Shown here piece after piece: positions 63,140 to 64,000 of a stretch of 64,000 nucleotides of DNA. The position numbers and the translations under genes are program-made. The DNA is taken from contig JAHDMJ010000019.1 in NCBI GenBank assembly GCA_018436095.1, forward strand, positions 3,841 through 67,840, written 5' to 3'. How positions within the stretch are numbered: position 1 is the first letter of the stretch; the number at the start of each line of letters is the position of its first letter. This DNA is from Clostridia bacterium. Its GTDB lineage: Bacteria > Bacillota > Peptococcia > DRI-13 > UBA5745. Below the pieces are notes generated by a model. That model made no database searches and was not told the DNA's origin. It saw only the letters and a list, made by a program, of their open reading frames with translations.

Positions 63140-64000
63140 ATGAACATATTAATTTGCGACCCGATTTCGGAAAAGGGCATTGCTATATTGGAAAAAGAAG
63201 AGGCTTTTCAGGTAGATGTCCGTCTGAAGCTGCCGGAAGAAGAGATCATCGCCATTGCCCCCAATTATCAGGCCATAGTGGTGCGCAGCGAAACGAAGAT
63301 CACGAAGGCCATTATCGAAGCCGCCACCCAGTTGAAAGTTATTGGCCGGGCCGGTGTGGGCGTAGACAATATTGACGTGGAAGCCGCCACCAAAAAAGGC
63401 ATTATCGTTATCAACGCTCCCGACGGCAACACCATTTCCGCCTGCGAGCATACCATGGCCTTAATTCTGGCTTTGGCCCGCCACGTACCCCAGGCGGACC
63501 ATTCCCTGCGCCAGCACCTTTGGGACCGGAAGAAATATACCGGCATTGAGCTCAGAGGCAAAACCATCGGTATCCTGGGCTTTGGCAAGATCGGTTCGGA
63601 AATTGCCGTCCGCTGCAAGGCCTTCGGCATGAATGTGCTGGTCTATGACCCCTATATTACTCAGGAAAGGGCTGCCCGCTTCAATCTGGAGCTGGTTGAC
63701 CGGGAAACCATTTATCGGGAGGCGGACTTTATTACGGTGCACATGCCTTTGACCGATGAGACGAGAAACATGATCGGCAAAAAACAATTTGCCATGATGA
63801 AGCCCACTACCCGGGTCATCAACGTAGCCAGGGGCGGTATCATTAATGAAGACGATTTATACGAGGCCGTGAAAAACGGCGTTATTGCCGGCGGCGCCAT
63901 TGACGTTTGGTGCAAAGAACCGATGACGGAGCATCCCCTCTTTGACTTACCGCAGATGGTAATCACTCCTCATCTGGGGGCCTCCACGGAAGAAGCCCAG
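63140..64000 (+). CDS. serA: D-3-phosphoglycerate dehydrogenase (3' end outside window)
   Basis: Not in the ORF track because it is open-ended. ATG 63140 follows GAGAGGAG. The frame is open for 287 codons: MNILICDPISEKGI..., GIGKIGSEIA-type NAD fold (GILGFGKIGSEIA), VINVARGG, TPHLGAST. Confidence 0.92.
   Translation, partial: MNILICDPISEKGIAILEKEEAFQVDVRLKLPEEEIIAIAPNYQAIVVRSETKITKAIIEAATQLKVIGRAGVGVDNIDVEAATKKGIIVINAPDGNTISACEHTMALILALARHVPQADHSLRQHLWDRKKYTGIELRGKTIGILGFGKIGSEIAVRCKAFGMNVLVYDPYITQERAARFNLELVDRETIYREADFITVHMPLTDETRNMIGKKQFAMMKPTTRVINVARGGIINEDDLYEAVKNGVIAGGAIDVWCKEPMTEHPLFDLPQMVITPHLGASTEEAQ

Overview
64-kb chromosomal segment that looks like an anaerobic Firmicute (Clostridia or Negativicutes-like). 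The basis is AGGAGG-type RBSs, a T-box leader, lipobox lipoproteins and a CpI-type [FeFe] hydrogenase. I support about 54 CDS, 2 tRNAs, 1 T-box riboswitch, 1 sigma-54 promoter, and several sigma-A promoters and intrinsic terminators. All family calls come from motif recognition by eye; no database search was run.

Layout:
- 1-1.9 kb: right edge of an integrated element (S24 CI/LexA-like repressor tail plus tyrosine integrase).
- 2-6.6 kb: a sigma-54/PAS-EBP-controlled pair, an Fe-S L-serine-dehydratase-like gene and an Asp/Glu-racemase-superfamily gene.
- 8-20.4 kb: a peptide-salvage region. It holds a DUF1177-like/AroM-like/M29-like triad and a Dpp-type ABC operon interleaved with three M20 hydrolases.
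- 20.5-31 kb: housekeeping genes (lepB, pyk, purL, DEAD-box helicase, PepV-like dipeptidase).
- 33.9-35.3 kb: a repeat-rich non-coding tract plus a tRNA-Arg/tRNA-Ser operon with an unusually long, structured 191-nt spacer.
- 36.7-37.9 kb: an XRE-plus-two-membrane-protein module.
- 38-50.5 kb: a nine-gene catabolic island under a divergent PucR-type regulator. It encodes a gamma-lyase, M20D and M24 hydrolases, a TRAP transporter, a maleate-isomerase-type racemase member, an EamA exporter and a fused flavoprotein/2Fe-2S protein.
- 50.5-61.3 kb: yaaA-bcp, an HD protein, MFS transporters, a monomeric [FeFe] hydrogenase and an orphan carboxyltransferase.
- 61.4-64 kb: a Ser-specific T-box upstream of a class-V aminotransferase and serA (truncated by the window end).

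I see no CRISPR array, rRNA, IS element or recognisable defence system. The best candidates for undescribed biology are the PucR-linked island, the DUF1177/AroM/aminopeptidase peptide module, the sigma-54 racemase/dehydratase pair with its long structured leader, and the structured inter-tRNA RNA.
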